64,000 nucleotides of DNA from Eledone cirrhosa (GCA_964016885.1 OZ024750.1:12586001-12650000), one strand, 5' to 3'. Shown: positions 22,890 to 39,271, counted from the stretch's first letter. The notes: generated by a model not told the origin, from the letters alone. Made by a program: numbers and translations.

Positions 22890-25808
22890 GTTTATAACTA
22901 GTCAGGCATCTCACAAATAACATTTCTCTCTTCTAATTTAATCATATTTACAGTTTATCCTTTGTTCCACATTATCATTTTTCTCTAGCTGTCTCCCCTT
23001 TTCTCTGTCTATAACATATTACCAATCTATCTCTCTCTCTCTCTACAATATCAGTGGTAGGTGTGTGTTTTTTTTCATACACAGCATATGAATAAATAAG
23101 ATGAGCAAAAAAATATCTGATTTAAAGTGGCATGAGATGATATTGTACTTATCTGGCCAACAAACCCTTTTAAAAATAACAACCTATCACAAAAATACAC
23201 TCTCAGTGATTGGTTGGTTGGTATAGTTAACCTCCACCAACTCCTTCATTGTACTTGACAGCCATCAGTCTATATAGAACAGGCTACTTAGTTCAGTGGT
23301 TCACAAACTCTGCACTGCAATATATAATTAAATGAGCCACAAAAGAGCAAGATTCTATTTCAAAATGTGAAAAAAAAATACAAATTGAAATTTGTAATAA
23401 AGGTCATATATAACTGTCAAACTGAAAAAAACAAAAAAACTAAACTATAAATAAAAACATTGCCCCCCCCCCCCCCCCCCCCCCCCATCTCCACCACAAA
23501 AAAATAATACCAACCATATTATTTTCATTGATTAAACAACATATTATTCTGGAGTTCCCTGTAAGTGTCACAGTTAGTTGAATAGTTGAAGATCCAGTTT
23601 TAAATGTCTGAAGAACCTTTTGAGATTAAAAAAAAAAAAAAGCACAAAGTCTTATTAGTATCATGCTTAGAAGAAAGTAATTAGAGGAGGGTTCAGTGTT
23701 TTGGACATAAGTCCTTCAGGAAATGGAGAGTATGAATGATAAATATATCTTTCAATTTGAAGTTATATATATATATGTATAGAGTGTGAGAAATATATAT
23801 ATATATAATTCAAATTAAAAGATATATCTATAGAGAGTGAGATAAATATATATATATATATATATAGACAGACAGACAGAGAGAGAAAAAAATATATATG
23901 AGATTAAGTTCATATGAATAAACTTATGCCAATAAAGTTTCAAACTTGATGTGGTTCAACACTCAATAAAGAAAATGAATTAATTCATCAAGTCCTTAGG
24001 GAAGTTGAGTTTTTCTCTCTTACAAAAGATCTTTTAGTCACTCTTCTGGTTTTTCAATTATGCTGAGATCATTTTGTCTTTCGTTTGTAGAAGAATTCAA
24101 TTTTTATCTGTAATTTAATTCATTTCTTATATCCCTTACATCCTAATATCCTCTAAGGACAAAATGAGTGTCACACAATCTCATAATCGCTATAACTGTG
24201 AGGCTTTGTTCCTAAATATGAAATATATATCAAAGTCCACTGACAATTATTACATAACATCTGAATATGTTACTCCACTTTAAGTCTTTCCTATTAGAAA
24301 TTTACACATTGTTTTCTTGGTGACCAATGTCATAGTCAACACTATTGTGGAATTACTTTCTTTTTTCTCTTCTCATTTTGGTTTAACAATACCTTAAATC
24401 TTTGAGGTTTTATGAATTATTTGATTATATATTCTTATACTTTCAATTGCTTTCATTCCATCCTATTTATTGTCCCTACATAAAATTCTTTATGTGCTTT
24501 CCCACATTAGTTATTTTCCCCTATACCTCACATTTTTTTTTTCAGAAAAATTGATTTCTTTTTCAGGATTTGAATCTACTTCAATTTTGACCAACTTTTT
24601 TGCCTTCTTCAAGCCAAAGGTCAGTCTTCTGAGGGTTCTAAATCTTTCATCATTTGTGGGAATACTTATTCCATTCTGGAACAATTCTCACTCTTTCTTT
24701 TCTCAATTTACAAATCCAAATCATATTTATTCTTGGATTTTCATTTTCTGGTTGTTTCCATATAGTTATCTTCTATTTCATCTTAATTACAAAGGTATGC
24801 TTTATTTATGACTCACAACTTTGTGTTACCTTTCCTTACCTATGTCCCTCACCTATTATTTAATGACTAGTCCCATATCCTTCAATCATCGAATTAATCA
24901 TTGTAATTTGGTTGTTTGCTCATGTTAAAATTAAATTCTGTCTTATGAGTTAAAGTAATATTTCAGCACTTTTTCTTGTTCTTGATATCTTATGTGCAAT
25001 GAGCAAGCCTCTTGCATGCTGCTTGGCTTGTTAGAAACAGCAGTCAAATCTCCCTTAAACCATACCCTACCATCTTAAAATAAGCAAATGACACATTATA
25101 TAATATATTCCTAGATACACTGTATCTAAAATAACAGAAGTGAAAGTCACAGCTGGACACCTTTGATGGTATTTTTGCTTGATCAGAGATGACCTCAAAC
25201 TAAACAACATTCACACACCCATCTTGCACCTATATCTCCGAGCTATTTGCTTTCAGTTTAAAGTTTCGACTTTTAAACTATATATAGTACAAACAGTAAA
25301 CTGTAAATATAATCGTACAGTTTTATTTCTTTCTTATAATTGCACCAAAGCTAATAGAAATAGTCTATTTTCTTTGTTATTTAAAATTAGTTGTAATCAA
25401 GCTCTCACCACTACTTTTCATTGTGTTATTCGTATGTATAGTCATTTCAGCTCTTTTTTTTTGTTGTTCCATTTTTCCTGGAACATTTTCCATATAATAC
25501 TCTCTTTAAGATCTGAAAGATACATTGAGCTATTGTATCATCTGTGCTTTCTTTGGCAACTATTCTAACATTTGGTTTGATCTAGTTCATTTGTAACTTT
25601 ATTTATTTATTCTTAAATGCTGTTTATCAATAATTAATCCTCAGTTTGCATTCTCTTTCATCAGTCGTGTAGTATTGTCTGTTGCTCTCTTTCATGCCAG
25701 TCAATATATCATCTTTATTTTCATTCACTTTAGAAATGTTTTTATCATTATTCATCAGCTTGTTTTCTTTCGATATTTTTAATATCATATTCCAATGAGA
25801 ACTATTGG

Positions 25809-26020
25809 CTTATACACAAACCTAATGAGAGAAGTACTGCGTAGTGAAACAATCATATATTCAAGGCACTGTAATCTTATACACAAACCTAATGATAGAA
25901 GTACTACGTAGAAAAACAATCATATATTCAAGGCACTATAATCTTATACACAAACCTAATGAGAGGATTACTTTATAGTGAAATAATCTTATGTTCAAGG
26001 CTCTATACACAAACCCAATG
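25809..26020. repeat. 67-bp tandem repeat, about 3.3 copies
   Basis: CTTATACACAAACCTAATGA... at 25809, 25876, 25943 and partially at ~26003. Confidence 0.88.
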
Positions 26021-28303
26021 TATGCTATGCTGACAATATTAACATCACTATATCTATACTATGTTTTATATCTTCCTTCAATTCATAACAAATTGTTAAT
26101 TTAACATATTAACATTTTTTTAATTATATATATTTTACACTATTTAATTTTGTGCATTATTATTTAATTTAACAACAATGATTTATTATAATTAAAATAT
26201 TGTAGTCATTAAGATATAAACCATAATTAGTTGAAGAACTTCCAGTAATCTTTTACATTTTGTAGTTTATTTAATTGTTTTTATTGTTTTATTTTAATTA
26301 ACCTCCAAAATAATTTCCATATTTTTTCTTGGAATATTAATATCAAATCTAGAACTGTAAACAGAATGGCATCATTGTCATATATTTAAGGATAACTAAT
26401 AAGATTTTAAAGAATGCCAAATATATTTTTTAAAGGTAGAATTTGATCAGCAAAACTTATAAACCAAATTGATAAAGAATATTAATCCAACATTTTGTTA
26501 TCTAACGGAATATAAAAGAATTACCTCTTACATATGGAATCACTATTTTCTTTTATTATTTCAAATATTTTACATGTTATTTATTTTTATGAACCAAGTT
26601 CTGAATACCATAATTATTAATTCTATATTTCAATAGCTGTTAATTAACAAACTCTGAATAACTATATCAAGTGAAATTACTTTTGTTTATTAAGACTGTA
26701 TTTTTGTCTACTCTGGTATCAGATATTATATTAATTCAATTCATTTTAATTGAATATACTCTAATTCAACTTGTATACAGTATCTACTGTTTAATTAATC
26801 ATCAACTCACACAACTTTCAATGCTACACTGCTTTTGTCATGGAGCTATCATTGCCGATATTTTCTTATTCCCACGATCTTTAAAACTCAGATTACAAAG
26901 ATTGTTGCTCCAATTTTATACCATGTAGACTGAGTATAGTTCATTGTATTTAGGCTATATATATATATCATATACTTCATGTTTGTTTGGAATATGAAAC
27001 ATACCTTTGAATTTTTATATAATATTCTTAATATAAAATACTAGATGACTGAAGAAGTATGCAAATGCCAAAGGAAATGACTATGATTTTTGTTATGTTT
27101 TGCTTTCAGTTTATTTATATCGAAACTTTACACACTAGCCCATAGCTTTGTTTATTTGATAAAGAATTATTTTGTTGAAAAACAAAGAATATAATTTAAG
27201 AGTGTTTACATGTTTCTATACTAATATTTCATTAGAGAAAAACAAATATATATATATAAACTAGGAAATATGTTTGGAACACAGCGAGTAAAGTTTAGAA
27301 TAGAAATAGAAGCTTGTAAACTTGCAGTCATTTTCATAGAAAGAACATTTTCAGTCTAAGAACAACACTAAATAATTTGACATCATGTAATGTATTTTGA
27401 AGATAACCTAAGGGAAACTATCCCTCTGCAATATCCACAGAGGCAGATATACTCAGCAATACAGCTTGGATCAATGATACTGTGTTGTTATTATAAGTAA
27501 CAATAGCAAGTTGTTTGCCATACAGTTTCTGTTTATAGCTAGGTTGAGTGGCCCATTGAGAGTTCAGTATCTTGACAACCAGCAGAGCATAACATCAGTA
27601 AGAGGATACAAACTGCTAATTTTCTAACCAACAATCCAATTCACTAACAGCTTTGTCAGGCAGTATATTATACTTCTACAAGCAAATGCTTGGAATTTCT
27701 ACCATAGCAATGGATGAAAAGCTAATTTTGCATAAAAGAGAGTTTTGTCCTTGCAGAAATCAATACTGAATGTAATTTTGGCAAAATTGAGCCTCAATTT
27801 TAAACAATTCTACACAACAGATGATGTGAAAATTATCTGGAACATAAGGATATTGTAGAAAACCAGTTATTTTATATATTTACAGAGTTGGTTTTGAAAA
27901 TAACATTTGAGTTTCTCAGATTAACACTAAATGAAATAGAGAAAAATACTGTTAGAAATATACTTCAGTTGCTCTCTCTCATACACTAATACATAGGCTA
28001 CCTTGTCTTTGAGCTCTGATAATTAGATTAGAGATCTTCACTGAGCAAGTAGACTAATTTATTTTTCATATCATTAATTCATGAGGGAATAAACTAAAAA
28101 TACAAATAATTACATTAATGTACTAATCATTAGCAAGACTGTAACTTATGTAACTTCTCTATCCATTTATTTTCATTGTTTGTATTTTGTGAGGTAATTC
28201 TTGAGTTCATTTATTTTAAATAAACTGAACATTTAAATTATATGATATCCTTCGGAATGAGGAAAGAACGTTCTTTTATAAAGAGTACACATAATTGTAT
28301 GTG

Positions 28304-28352
<49 letters not shown>

Positions 28353-29482
28353 CACCATCATCAACATCGTTTAACGTATATTTTCCATGCTAGCATGGAA
28401 GAGTTCTTTTGAATACAGTGTAAACACTTTTTTGATGGTCCTTCAATATAATAAACTCTAAGAAATTGAGAGAGGAGGAAATATCTCCAGTATTTGTCTA
28501 ATACTTTATTTATTGACCCCACAGAAAGGCAAACTCGAAATCCTTCATAGGATTTGAATTGTGAGTGCTGATAGCTGGAATATATACTACAAGAGAATTT
28601 GTGTGTTGCCTTAACAACTCTGCCAATTTGTCACAGGCAAATTCACTAAAATTGTTTTAGCAATTTAAATCTACGAAATAGTATACGGATTATTTTGTTT
28701 TTATAATATTAGTCTGTTTGATTATATCAAGCTTAAAATAATCAGGATAAGCTACCTAGAAGATATTACAAGATCTATATGGATAGAAAAAATTAAGAAA
28801 AAATTGAATTGGAAATTTTTTTTACTTAAATATTTTTACTGCTGCTTTATGTATCTTTTGAGGACAATTTACTTTCATTTATAGAAAGTCACTATAGATA
28901 GATTTCAATTATTTTAAATGTCAAAGACTGTTTTATATTCTCAATATAAAGATTATTCAGTAAAGAAAATTTGAAGTTTTTTTTAATTTATAATATTTGT
29001 CTATATTTATAATGGTATTTCTTCTTCACCTTGTGGATTTAGCATTGTATCCTTTTAAGGTGAAAAAATCACCCTTACCTATTGAAAATATTAATTTTAT
29101 TCAATTTGATATTTTTATTTCTTATACACGGAACCCTTTAAAATGGCTCAATACATAAAGAATTAAAATTCTTAAAATATTTCGGTATACTTCATAAATA
29201 TTTTATTTTATATTAAGTGGATATGTCAGCCGGGACCCAGAGGCGGAGGGGCAAGTTATTTGGGAGTGGAGGACACTCATTCAGATGTCACCTTTACAAC
29301 TAAACTATATTTACTAATTCCTATCTACTTTGTTATGTTATGTTCCAACTTTTAATTTGATGTCCTTAGCTATATAATAGAATTCATTGAATTTTGAGAC
29401 AGAAATTTTGTATGTCCAAACATAAACTGTTACACAGTACAACTGACTGAGTGAGCTTTCATGATTCTCTTGAAATAAATGT

Positions 29483-29697
29483 TTAACCCTTTAGCATTTA
29501 CATTACTCTATATCTATTATTGTATTTTCATGGTAAAGACTTTACCTCACATAATAATCTCACATAATATGAAATCTTTGAGATTTTGATATTATCTGTT
29601 TTGAGAACAATACCTTAAATTCAGTATGGCTGGTTTGAACAGAAAAAGGTGAGAGAATTCTGGCCAGATACGGCCGGTTTAAATGCTAAAGGGTATA
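29483..29697 (-). mobile_element. piggyBac-type MITE, inverted homolog of 12968-13195
   Basis: TTAACCCTTTAGCATT...AATGCTAAAGGG; the interior matches the reverse complement of the first copy. Confidence 0.8.
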
Positions 29698-30629
29698 AAA
29701 TTACAGTATGGTTTTGTCATGTCTGTAAATATAGTTGTACAGTTGTCCTAACATGGAAATATTTAGAATGATAAATATAGAAATAAGCACTTTACATTAA
29801 CTGTCAATACCTTTCCATATATTGAACATTTTACAATTGAAAATGTTAGTTTAACATCATCCTGAGTTCAAAAAATTGCATACATCAAACACTATCTGAA
29901 ACTATTTCCCTCTTTGATTTAAATGCCACAAAGAATGCAAAGAATGTGACATTTTGGCAATTTTAGATATCTCACTTTTCTTTCTCTTTTTTTCCCTTTT
30001 TTTTCTTCAAAACTTGTTTATTCTAAATCTCTTTGGATTTATATAGTTTTTTCTTAAATTTTACTGTCTACATGTTGTAAATACAATTCAAACTTAAATA
30101 TCAGTTATATAACAGTGAATATTATTTAGTATTATTTCAAGTAGTCAGTAACTTATTTTAAAAGTAGATACTGCAATATAATACAAATTAATGCATTAAG
30201 AGATAATTAGACTGACTGAAAACAAGAAAAGAAATTTCCATTAAGCACAAAATATACATCAGCATTAAATATTGGCAACAACTATAAAGTAATATTGGTG
30301 ATTAAGATTCTTCACTTAAAGATGTCTTGCTTTTTTATATAAAGCAGTTCTTTTAGTGAAAGTTGGATAGCTTTCGAACCATTTGATGGAATTAAATGTT
30401 CTATAAGTATTGCAATCTAGATGTTTTTAGTCTACTTATAATACATGCAATATATAAAAAGCATGATCACATTTCTCCTTCACTTGTTATTTCTATGGTT
30501 AATAAATGGATAGGAATGCTTCAGGTAAAATCAATTTTATGTATGCCATGCAAATTGAAACACACATGAACACGCACATATGCACATATGTATACACATG
30601 CACGTACATATACACACACACATCGTACT

Positions 30630-31460
30630 CACATGCCTACATACACACACACCACACACATTCAGACACCACACACTCATCACACACACACCACACACAC
30701 ACCACACACTCATCACACACACCACACACTCATCACACACACCACACACTCATCACACACACCACACACTCGTCACGCACACCACACACTCGTCACGCAC
30801 ACCACACACTCATCACGCACACCACACACTCATCACACACACCACACACTCATCACACACACCACACACTCATCACACACACCACACCCTCATCACACAC
30901 ACCACACCCTCATCACACACACCACACTCATCACACACCACACACTCATCACACACACCACACACATTCACACACACCACACACTCATCACACACACCAC
31001 ACCCTCATCACACACACCACACCTTCATCACACACCACACTCATCACACACACCACACTCATCACACACACCACACTCATCACACACACCACACACTCAT
31101 CACACACTCATCACACACACACCACACACTCATCACACACACCACACACTCATCACACACTCATCACACACACACCACACACTCATCACACACACACCAC
31201 ACACTCATCACACACACACCACACACTCATCACACACACACCACACACTCATCACACACACACCACACACTCATCACACACACCACACACTCATCACACA
31301 CACCACACACTCATCACACACACCACACACTCATCACACACCACACACCACACACTCATCACACACTCATCACACACACCACACTCATCACACACACCAC
31401 ACACACTACACACACTACATACATACATACATACATGCACACACACACACACACACAGAT
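30630..31460. repeat. CA-rich ~20-bp minisatellite (ACCACACACTCATCACACAC)
   Basis: Directly visible. Confidence 0.95.
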
Positions 31461-31851
31461 ACACAACTGTTATATCTATATCAAAGGAAGAGATGTGATT
31501 CAGTGGTGTTCATGCCTTTCATACATGTGTTATCATAGGTCAGTGATTGGTTTTCACTCGTTATTGATTATATTTCTTATAACATAAACAACAGAAAAGA
31601 TGTTTGTTTGTTTTTAAACTGAATTGTTTTAACTAATTATCAAAGCAAGGTTTGGTATGAAGATGAATTCTGGCAGTAATTGGTAGAGCATCAAATAACA
31701 TACTTTGTTGCTGGCCTTGTGCCTAAATTAGAAACCATTAAGAGTGGTAGATCGGCAGTAATCGGTAGAGCTTTGGACAACAAACTTGTGGCATATAGCT
31801 ATGTCCTTTTTAAGTTCTGAGTTCAAAATCCTACCAAGTCTGCTGCTGCTG

Positions 31852-32527
31852 CATCATCACCATCATCATCATCATCATCATCATCATCACCATCGCCACC
31901 ATCACCACCATCATCATCATCATCATCACCATCGCCACCATCACCATCACCATCACCATCACCACCATCACCACCATCACCACCACCACCATCACCACCA
32001 CCATCACCATCACCACCACCACCACCATCACCACCATAACCACCATCACCACCACCATCACCACCACCACCACCATCACCACCATCACCATCACCACCAC
32101 CACCACCACCACCACCTCCACCATCACCATCACCACCACCATCACCACCACCACCATCACCACCACCACCATCATCATCACCACCATCACCACCACCATC
32201 ATCATCACCACCACCACCACCATCATCACCACCACCACCACCACCACCACCACCACCATCACCACCACCATCACCACCACCATCACCACCACCATCATCA
32301 CCACCATCATCACCACCATCACCACCACCATCATCACCACCACCACCACCATCACCACCACCATCACCACCACCATCATCACCACCACCACCACCACCAT
32401 CATCACCACCACCACCACCATCATCACCACCACCACCACCATCATATTCACCACCATCACCACCACCACCACCGTCATCACCACCACCACCATCACCCCA
32501 TCACCCCCATCACCACCACCACCATCA
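31852..32527. repeat. ~675-bp (CAC/CAT)n trinucleotide tract
   Basis: Directly visible; yields spurious poly-His and poly-Val ORFs. Confidence 0.97.
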
Positions 32528-32913
32528 TTCAATGTCCCACTATCTCTGCTGAGGGTTGACTAGGCCTACATAGACCAAGTCAGTACTGAGACAAGACAAC
32601 TGACCTCCCTGACTTGACCAGGAGGTCTTCATCTTACTTACATATGATCTCATGTCTATATATTCACATATCATTACAAACTGGAAGACATAGTACATTT
32701 CTGTAACCCTTTTTTTTTTCGAGAGAGAGACATTTGTTTTGACCAGCAGCCAATTAGGGACAATTGTCCAAATAGTTGACCAATCAGTGGTTAGTGTGTC
32801 TCTAGTCTCTCTTGTGTTCAGAGCCAGAAGAAACTTCTTTTCTGGTTTATTTGTCAACACACAGATTATATACACTTTTACTCCCACAGTTAGCAGTCTT
32901 GATTTATCATACA

Positions 32914-33264
32914 CATCATCATCATCATTTCATCATTCATCATTTTATGTCCGCTTTTCCCTGCTTGCAAGGGTGGGACGGGAACTGATTCTGGCTTGAT
33001 TTCTACAGCTGGATGCCCTTCCTAACACCAACCTCATTTACAGTGAGTGCTGGGTGCTTTTTTGCCGTGGCACCTCCATGACCACTTTACAGTGGAGTGA
33101 TATGGACCCCAGTCCCTATCATCTCATTTCTACAGCTGAGTAAACTGGAGCAATGTGAAATAAAGTGTCTTGCTCAAGGACACAACACATCACCCGGTCT
33201 GAGAATTGAACTCAACCTTTCGATTGCAAGGCCAATGCTCTAACCACTAAGCCATGTGCCTCCA
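32914..33264 (-). mobile_element. Full-length SINE family A
   Basis: Near-identical to 13664-14017. Confidence 0.88.
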
Positions 33265-33884
33265 TTAAATAGATAAATATATATATTTGCATGCATACAT
33301 AAATGCCACACATACATAGACACGCACACATATCATCATCATCATCATTTTACGTCCGCTTTTCACGCACACATACACACACATGCATACATATATACAT
33401 GCCACACACACATGCACACACACACATGCACACACATATATAAACACACACATGTCACACACACATATATGTGTGGCATGTGTCTATATATATATAGACA
33501 CATGGCATGCATACATACATACACACACGTATATATACACACACATATATATACACACACACACACATTAGTGTTGCACTGTCATTTTAGATTTGTTTTA
33601 TGCTTGTGCAAGCTCAGCATTCTGATTTGGCTCCATAATAGACGACTTCTGATCTCTCCATACACTTACCGTATCTTATGAATCAACTACACTTTTTGGC
33701 ATACATTACTATCCATTATGCATTTCTTCATACTGTCTGAATAAAAGTTTTTGTCTACATCAACATGTCTGCTACTTGTTAGAATCACTCAACTACAAGC
33801 ATTCTCATGGTAAGTAGGAAATCACAGATAATATTTTCCTCAAAATTCTGTATGAAGCTTCACATTACATTACATTCACTAAAT

Positions 33885-33942
<58 letters not shown>

Positions 33943-34406
33943 ATTTGTTTCTTTCTTCAAAATATTGAAAACTGTATATTAAGCTGGATTTTGAGTACCA
34001 TTTTACAAATGTAATGTGTATAGTTTGCAATTGCAGTTCACGATTTATCATCATCATCATCATCAACATCATCTTGTTTGCTTTCCATGCCAGTATGGGC
34101 TGGATGGGTTGTTATAGTCCAAGATTAAACAGGTTGGAGAGATAATATTTTTCTCATATATTCCATATTTTGGTATGGTGAGCACCACTTGACAACCTTC
34201 CCAATGCCAACCACTTTACAGAGTGTACTGGGAGCATTTCATAATGACATCACTAAAGGGATTATAATATACTCAATATGACTGAAGAGTCTTTCTAATT
34301 TGGGTGGGTATATATATATATATATCATAACCTGGGTAGAAACAATTGTCTGTTATTAAATGCCTTAAACTCTTAAATTCTTTGGTTTGTAAACAAACTG
34401 TAACCA

Positions 34407-34621
34407 TATATATATATATATATATGCGTGTGTATATATGTATATATACATATATGTATATATATAAATGTATGTATATATATTTATGTATATATATATA
34501 TATATATATATATAATGTGTGTATATATATGTGTGTATATATATATATGTATATATATATGTATATATATATATATGTATGTATGTATATATATATATGT
34601 ATGTATATATATATATGTATG

Positions 34622-34672
<51 letters not shown>

Positions 34673-34696
34673 GTATGTATATATATATATGTATGT

Positions 34697-34730
<34 letters not shown>

Positions 34731-34741
34731 GTGTATGTATG

Positions 34742-34773
<32 letters not shown>

Positions 34774-34975
34774 TATGTATGTATATATATATATGTATAT
34801 ATATATGTATGTATATATATATATGTATGTATATATATATATGTATGTATATATATATATGTATGTGTATATATATATGTATGTATATATATATATATGT
34901 ATGTATATATATATATATGTATGTATATATATATGTATATATGTATATATATATATGTATATATATATGTATATA

Positions 34976-35056
<81 letters not shown>

Positions 35057-35291
35057 ATATATATATGTATATATATATATGTATATATATATATGTATAT
35101 ATATATATGTATATATATATATGTATATATATATATGTATATATATATATGTATATATATATATGTATATATATATATGTATATATATATATGTATATAT
35201 ATATATGTATATATATATATGTATATATATATATGTATATATATATATGTATATATATATATGTATATGTATATCTGTATATGTATATCTG

Positions 35292-35324
<33 letters not shown>

Positions 35325-35723
35325 GTATATATATATATGTGTATATATATATATGTGTGTATATATATATGTGTATATATATATATGTGTATATATATAT
35401 ATGTGTATATATATATATGTGTATATATATATATATGTGTATATATATATATATGTGTATATATATATATATGTGTATATATATATATGTGTATATATAT
35501 ATATATGTGTATATATATATATATGTGTATATATATATATATGTGTATATATATATATATGTGTATATATATATATGTATATATATATATGTATATATAT
35601 ATATGTATATATATATATGTGTATATATATATATGTATATATATATATTTCGTTTCTGAATTTGTTGGCAACATGACCCTCCCAAAGTATAACAATATAT
35701 ATATATATGTATATATATATATG

Positions 35724-35786
<63 letters not shown>

Positions 35787-35897
35787 GTATATATATATGT
35801 ATATATATATGTATATATATATATGTGTTATGTGTATATATATATATATATGTGTATATGTATATGTATATATATGTATATGTATATATATGTATAT
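34407..35897. repeat. (TA)n/(TATG) compound microsatellite with a ~45-bp unique island at 35648-35692
   Basis: Directly visible. Confidence 0.97.
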
Positions 35898-38584
35898 AGA
35901 AGAGGTCCTTGACAAACTGGACCAGGGTCTCAACATTCTACTGCTGGGAGACTTCAACCTACCAAAGGTCAAATGGCCTGAGGGCCACCTCCTCCCTGGA
36001 ATGACGTCAATAGAACAGAGACAGACGGAATCCCTGCTGGCCCTCACACACAGGCTGTTGATGGAGCAAGCAATACTCCTCCCAACAAGAGGCGAAAATG
36101 TACTGGACATCTGTTTTACAAACAACGAAGTGCTCATCCACAATGTAGAGGTGACACCAACAATTCTCTCGCATCATAACTTAGTAGAGCTAATGATATG
36201 TGGTCAAAGAGAACCAACAGAGACAAAACCTCCAAGAAGCTCCGGGACGTTATCCAGCCTTAACTTCTACAAGGCTAACTGGAAAAAGATTAAGAGAGAA
36301 ATCCGGAAGCAAACATGGAGTGAAAACACCGCCACACAAGACACTAACACACAATTTCAACACTTCATGACAACGATACACACTATATGCAAAAAGTTTG
36401 TCCCGAAGAAAGAGGTAAACAGACACAAAAATCTTATTCCCAGAGATAGAAAAATCCTTATGAGATGTAGAACCAAACTCTCAAACCAGTTGAATAGTCA
36501 ACAAGGCAAAAACAAGAAGGAATCCTATTTGAAATGTGCATTACTTGGCACCGAGATTGCACTCAAGCTTTCCCATGAGAATGAGAGGGCAAAGAAAGAG
36601 AACAGGGCCATAGAAAACATTAAAACAAACCCTAAGGCTTTCTTTAAATTTGCAAAAGAAACTGCCTCAGTACACTGCAAGATTGGGCCACTCTTCCATA
36701 CGGACGGTTCATTAACTGAAAACCGCCAAGAGATATGTGAAATACTGAACGAACAGCACAAAAGTGTGTTCACATGTCCACTGAGGCACATGCAAATAAC
36801 GAAGCCAAAGGAGTTCTTTGATGCCACAACACTACATGAAGAAATGGCAACCATGAACCACATAAACATAATGGAGGAGGATGTGGTGTACGCCATTGAT
36901 GAAATTAGAACAGACTCGGCTGCTGGACCTGATGGATTCCCAGCAGTTCTCTTAAAAATATGTAAGCGGGCCTTAGCAACTCCACTGAAGATGCTCTTCA
37001 GAAGCTCCTTGGCTAGCAGTGTACTACCCAGGGAGCTGAAAGAAGGCACAATATGCCCTATCCATAAAGGAGGTAGCAGAGCGGAGGCCAAAAACTATAG
37101 GCCAGTCTCCCTGACGTCGCATATCAGTAAGGTCATGGAGCTAGTCGTCAGAAAGAAACTGATCACTTTCCTCGAGGAAAATGACCGCCTGACTAGCACG
37201 CAACATGGCTTCCGCCCAGGAAGAAGCTGCCTTACACAGCTGCTACATCACTACGACTGGGTACTGAAACAACTACGAGACAGCTCACATGTGGACGTGA
37301 TATATCTTGACTTTGCGAAGGCCTTTGATAAGGTCGACCACGGAATGATATGTCACAAACTACACGGACTCGGCATAACTGGAAAAGTAGGTGAGTGGCT
37401 GCATGACTTCCTAAAGGACAGAAGCCAGGCAGTCGCAGCAAAGGGGGCCCTCTCAAAGGAAACACCAATAACAAGTGGGGTGCCCCAGGGGACAGTCCTG
37501 GAACCACTACTGTTTTTGGTGACTCTCTCAGACATGCCCTCTGTAGTACATACAACAACATCCCTCACTAGCTATGCTGATGACACTAAGGTAGCACAAG
37601 CTATCAAAAACCCGGCTGACGCTGCCCTTTTACAGCAGGATCTGGATGCCATATACAAATGGGCGGAAGAAAACAACATGCAGTTTAATGCTGGCAAATT
37701 CCAAGCCCTGCAATACAAACCTCCAAATAAACCTGCAAACACAAATATAGTACAACACAACTACACAGGACCAGGAGGGAGCGATATCCCCGTGTCAAAA
37801 TTGATACGAGACCTGGGCATAGACATGAGCGATGATGCATCTTTTTCTTCACACATCATGAAAGTGGCGACAATGTGCAGACGACTCGCTGGCTGGATCT
37901 TGAGGACTTTCCGGACAAGAGATTGAGACACCATGTTGACACTATGGAGGACATTTGTCCTAAGCTGCCTGGACTGCTGCTCCCAGTTGTGGTCACCCCA
38001 TAGTGTCAAGCTAACCATGGAGCTTGAGGCAATCCAGCGAAGCTACACCAAGAGGATTGCCAAGATGAGGGAGACAAGCTACTGGAAGAGGCTAAAGGAA
38101 CTGAACCTCTACTCCTTGGAATGAAGACGGGAGAGATACGCAGTGATCTACATGTGGAAAATCCTGGAGGGACTAGCACCAAACTTTGGCATTGGGAGCT
38201 GGACCAACCGTCGAACAGGACGTCACTGTGTGGTGCCAAAGGTCCCGTCTTCCACATCTAGAATAAGGAGCAGGTATTGCAATAGCCTGGGATTCAAGGG
38301 CCCTCAACTCTTCAACAAGCTGCCGAGGGATCTGAGAGATTTGCATGACGTAGAGGTGGATGTCTTCAAGAAACATCTCGACACCTTGTTATCCAGGATC
38401 CCGGATGAGCCCACAGCAAGGCACGAGGGAAACCTTAGGGAAGCAGCAACAGACTCCCTCTTACACCAGTGGCTGGAGATAAAATGTGTAGCAGCAAGGC
38501 TGGAGATAAAATGTGTAGCAACAAGGGCGGTGCCCCAGCATGGCCTCAGTCGGATGGCTGAAACAAGTAAGAGTAAAAGAGTAA
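35898..38584 (+). mobile_element. 5'-truncated CR1-clade LINE (ORF2: partial APE endonuclease plus reverse transcriptase) with two in-frame stops
   Basis: [67 protein letters not shown] and YADDTK motifs; ORFs 35707, 37933 and 38143 share one frame, broken by TGA at 37924 and 38122; 3' tail GGCGGTGCCCCAGCATGGCC...GAAACAAGTAAGAG. Confidence 0.92.
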
Positions 38585-38587
38585 ATA

Positions 38588-38644
<57 letters not shown>

Positions 38645-38839
38645 GTGTATATATATGTATATATATGTGTATATATATGTGTATATATATGTGTATATAT
38701 ATGTGTATATATATGTGTATATATATATGTGTATATATGTGTATATATATATGTGTATATATATATGTGTATATATATATATATGTGTATATATATATAT
38801 ATATATATGTGTATATATATATATATATGTATATATATG

Positions 38840-38874
<35 letters not shown>

Positions 38875-38955
38875 GTATATATGTATATATATGTATATAT
38901 ATGTATATATATGTATATATATATATGTATATATATATATGTATATATATATATG

Positions 38956-39022
<67 letters not shown>

Positions 39023-39023
39023 G

Positions 39024-39070
<47 letters not shown>

Positions 39071-39071
39071 G

Positions 39072-39126
<55 letters not shown>

Positions 39127-39133
39127 GTATATG

Positions 39134-39168
<35 letters not shown>

Positions 39169-39170
39169 GT

Positions 39171-39226
<56 letters not shown>

Positions 39227-39233
39227 GTATATG

Positions 39234-39264
<31 letters not shown>

Positions 39265-39271
39265 GTATATG

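Noticed and set aside
30506-31587. His/Thr-rich 316-335 aa ORFs
   Set aside because: CA-rich minisatellite open in all three frames.
31786-32559. 257-aa poly-histidine ORF and antisense poly-Val/Met ORF
   Set aside because: Pure (CAC/CAT)n intronic trinucleotide tract with no splice or domain support.
36525-38376. Minus-strand ORFs of 62-188 aa
   Set aside because: Antisense shadows of the LINE ORF2.
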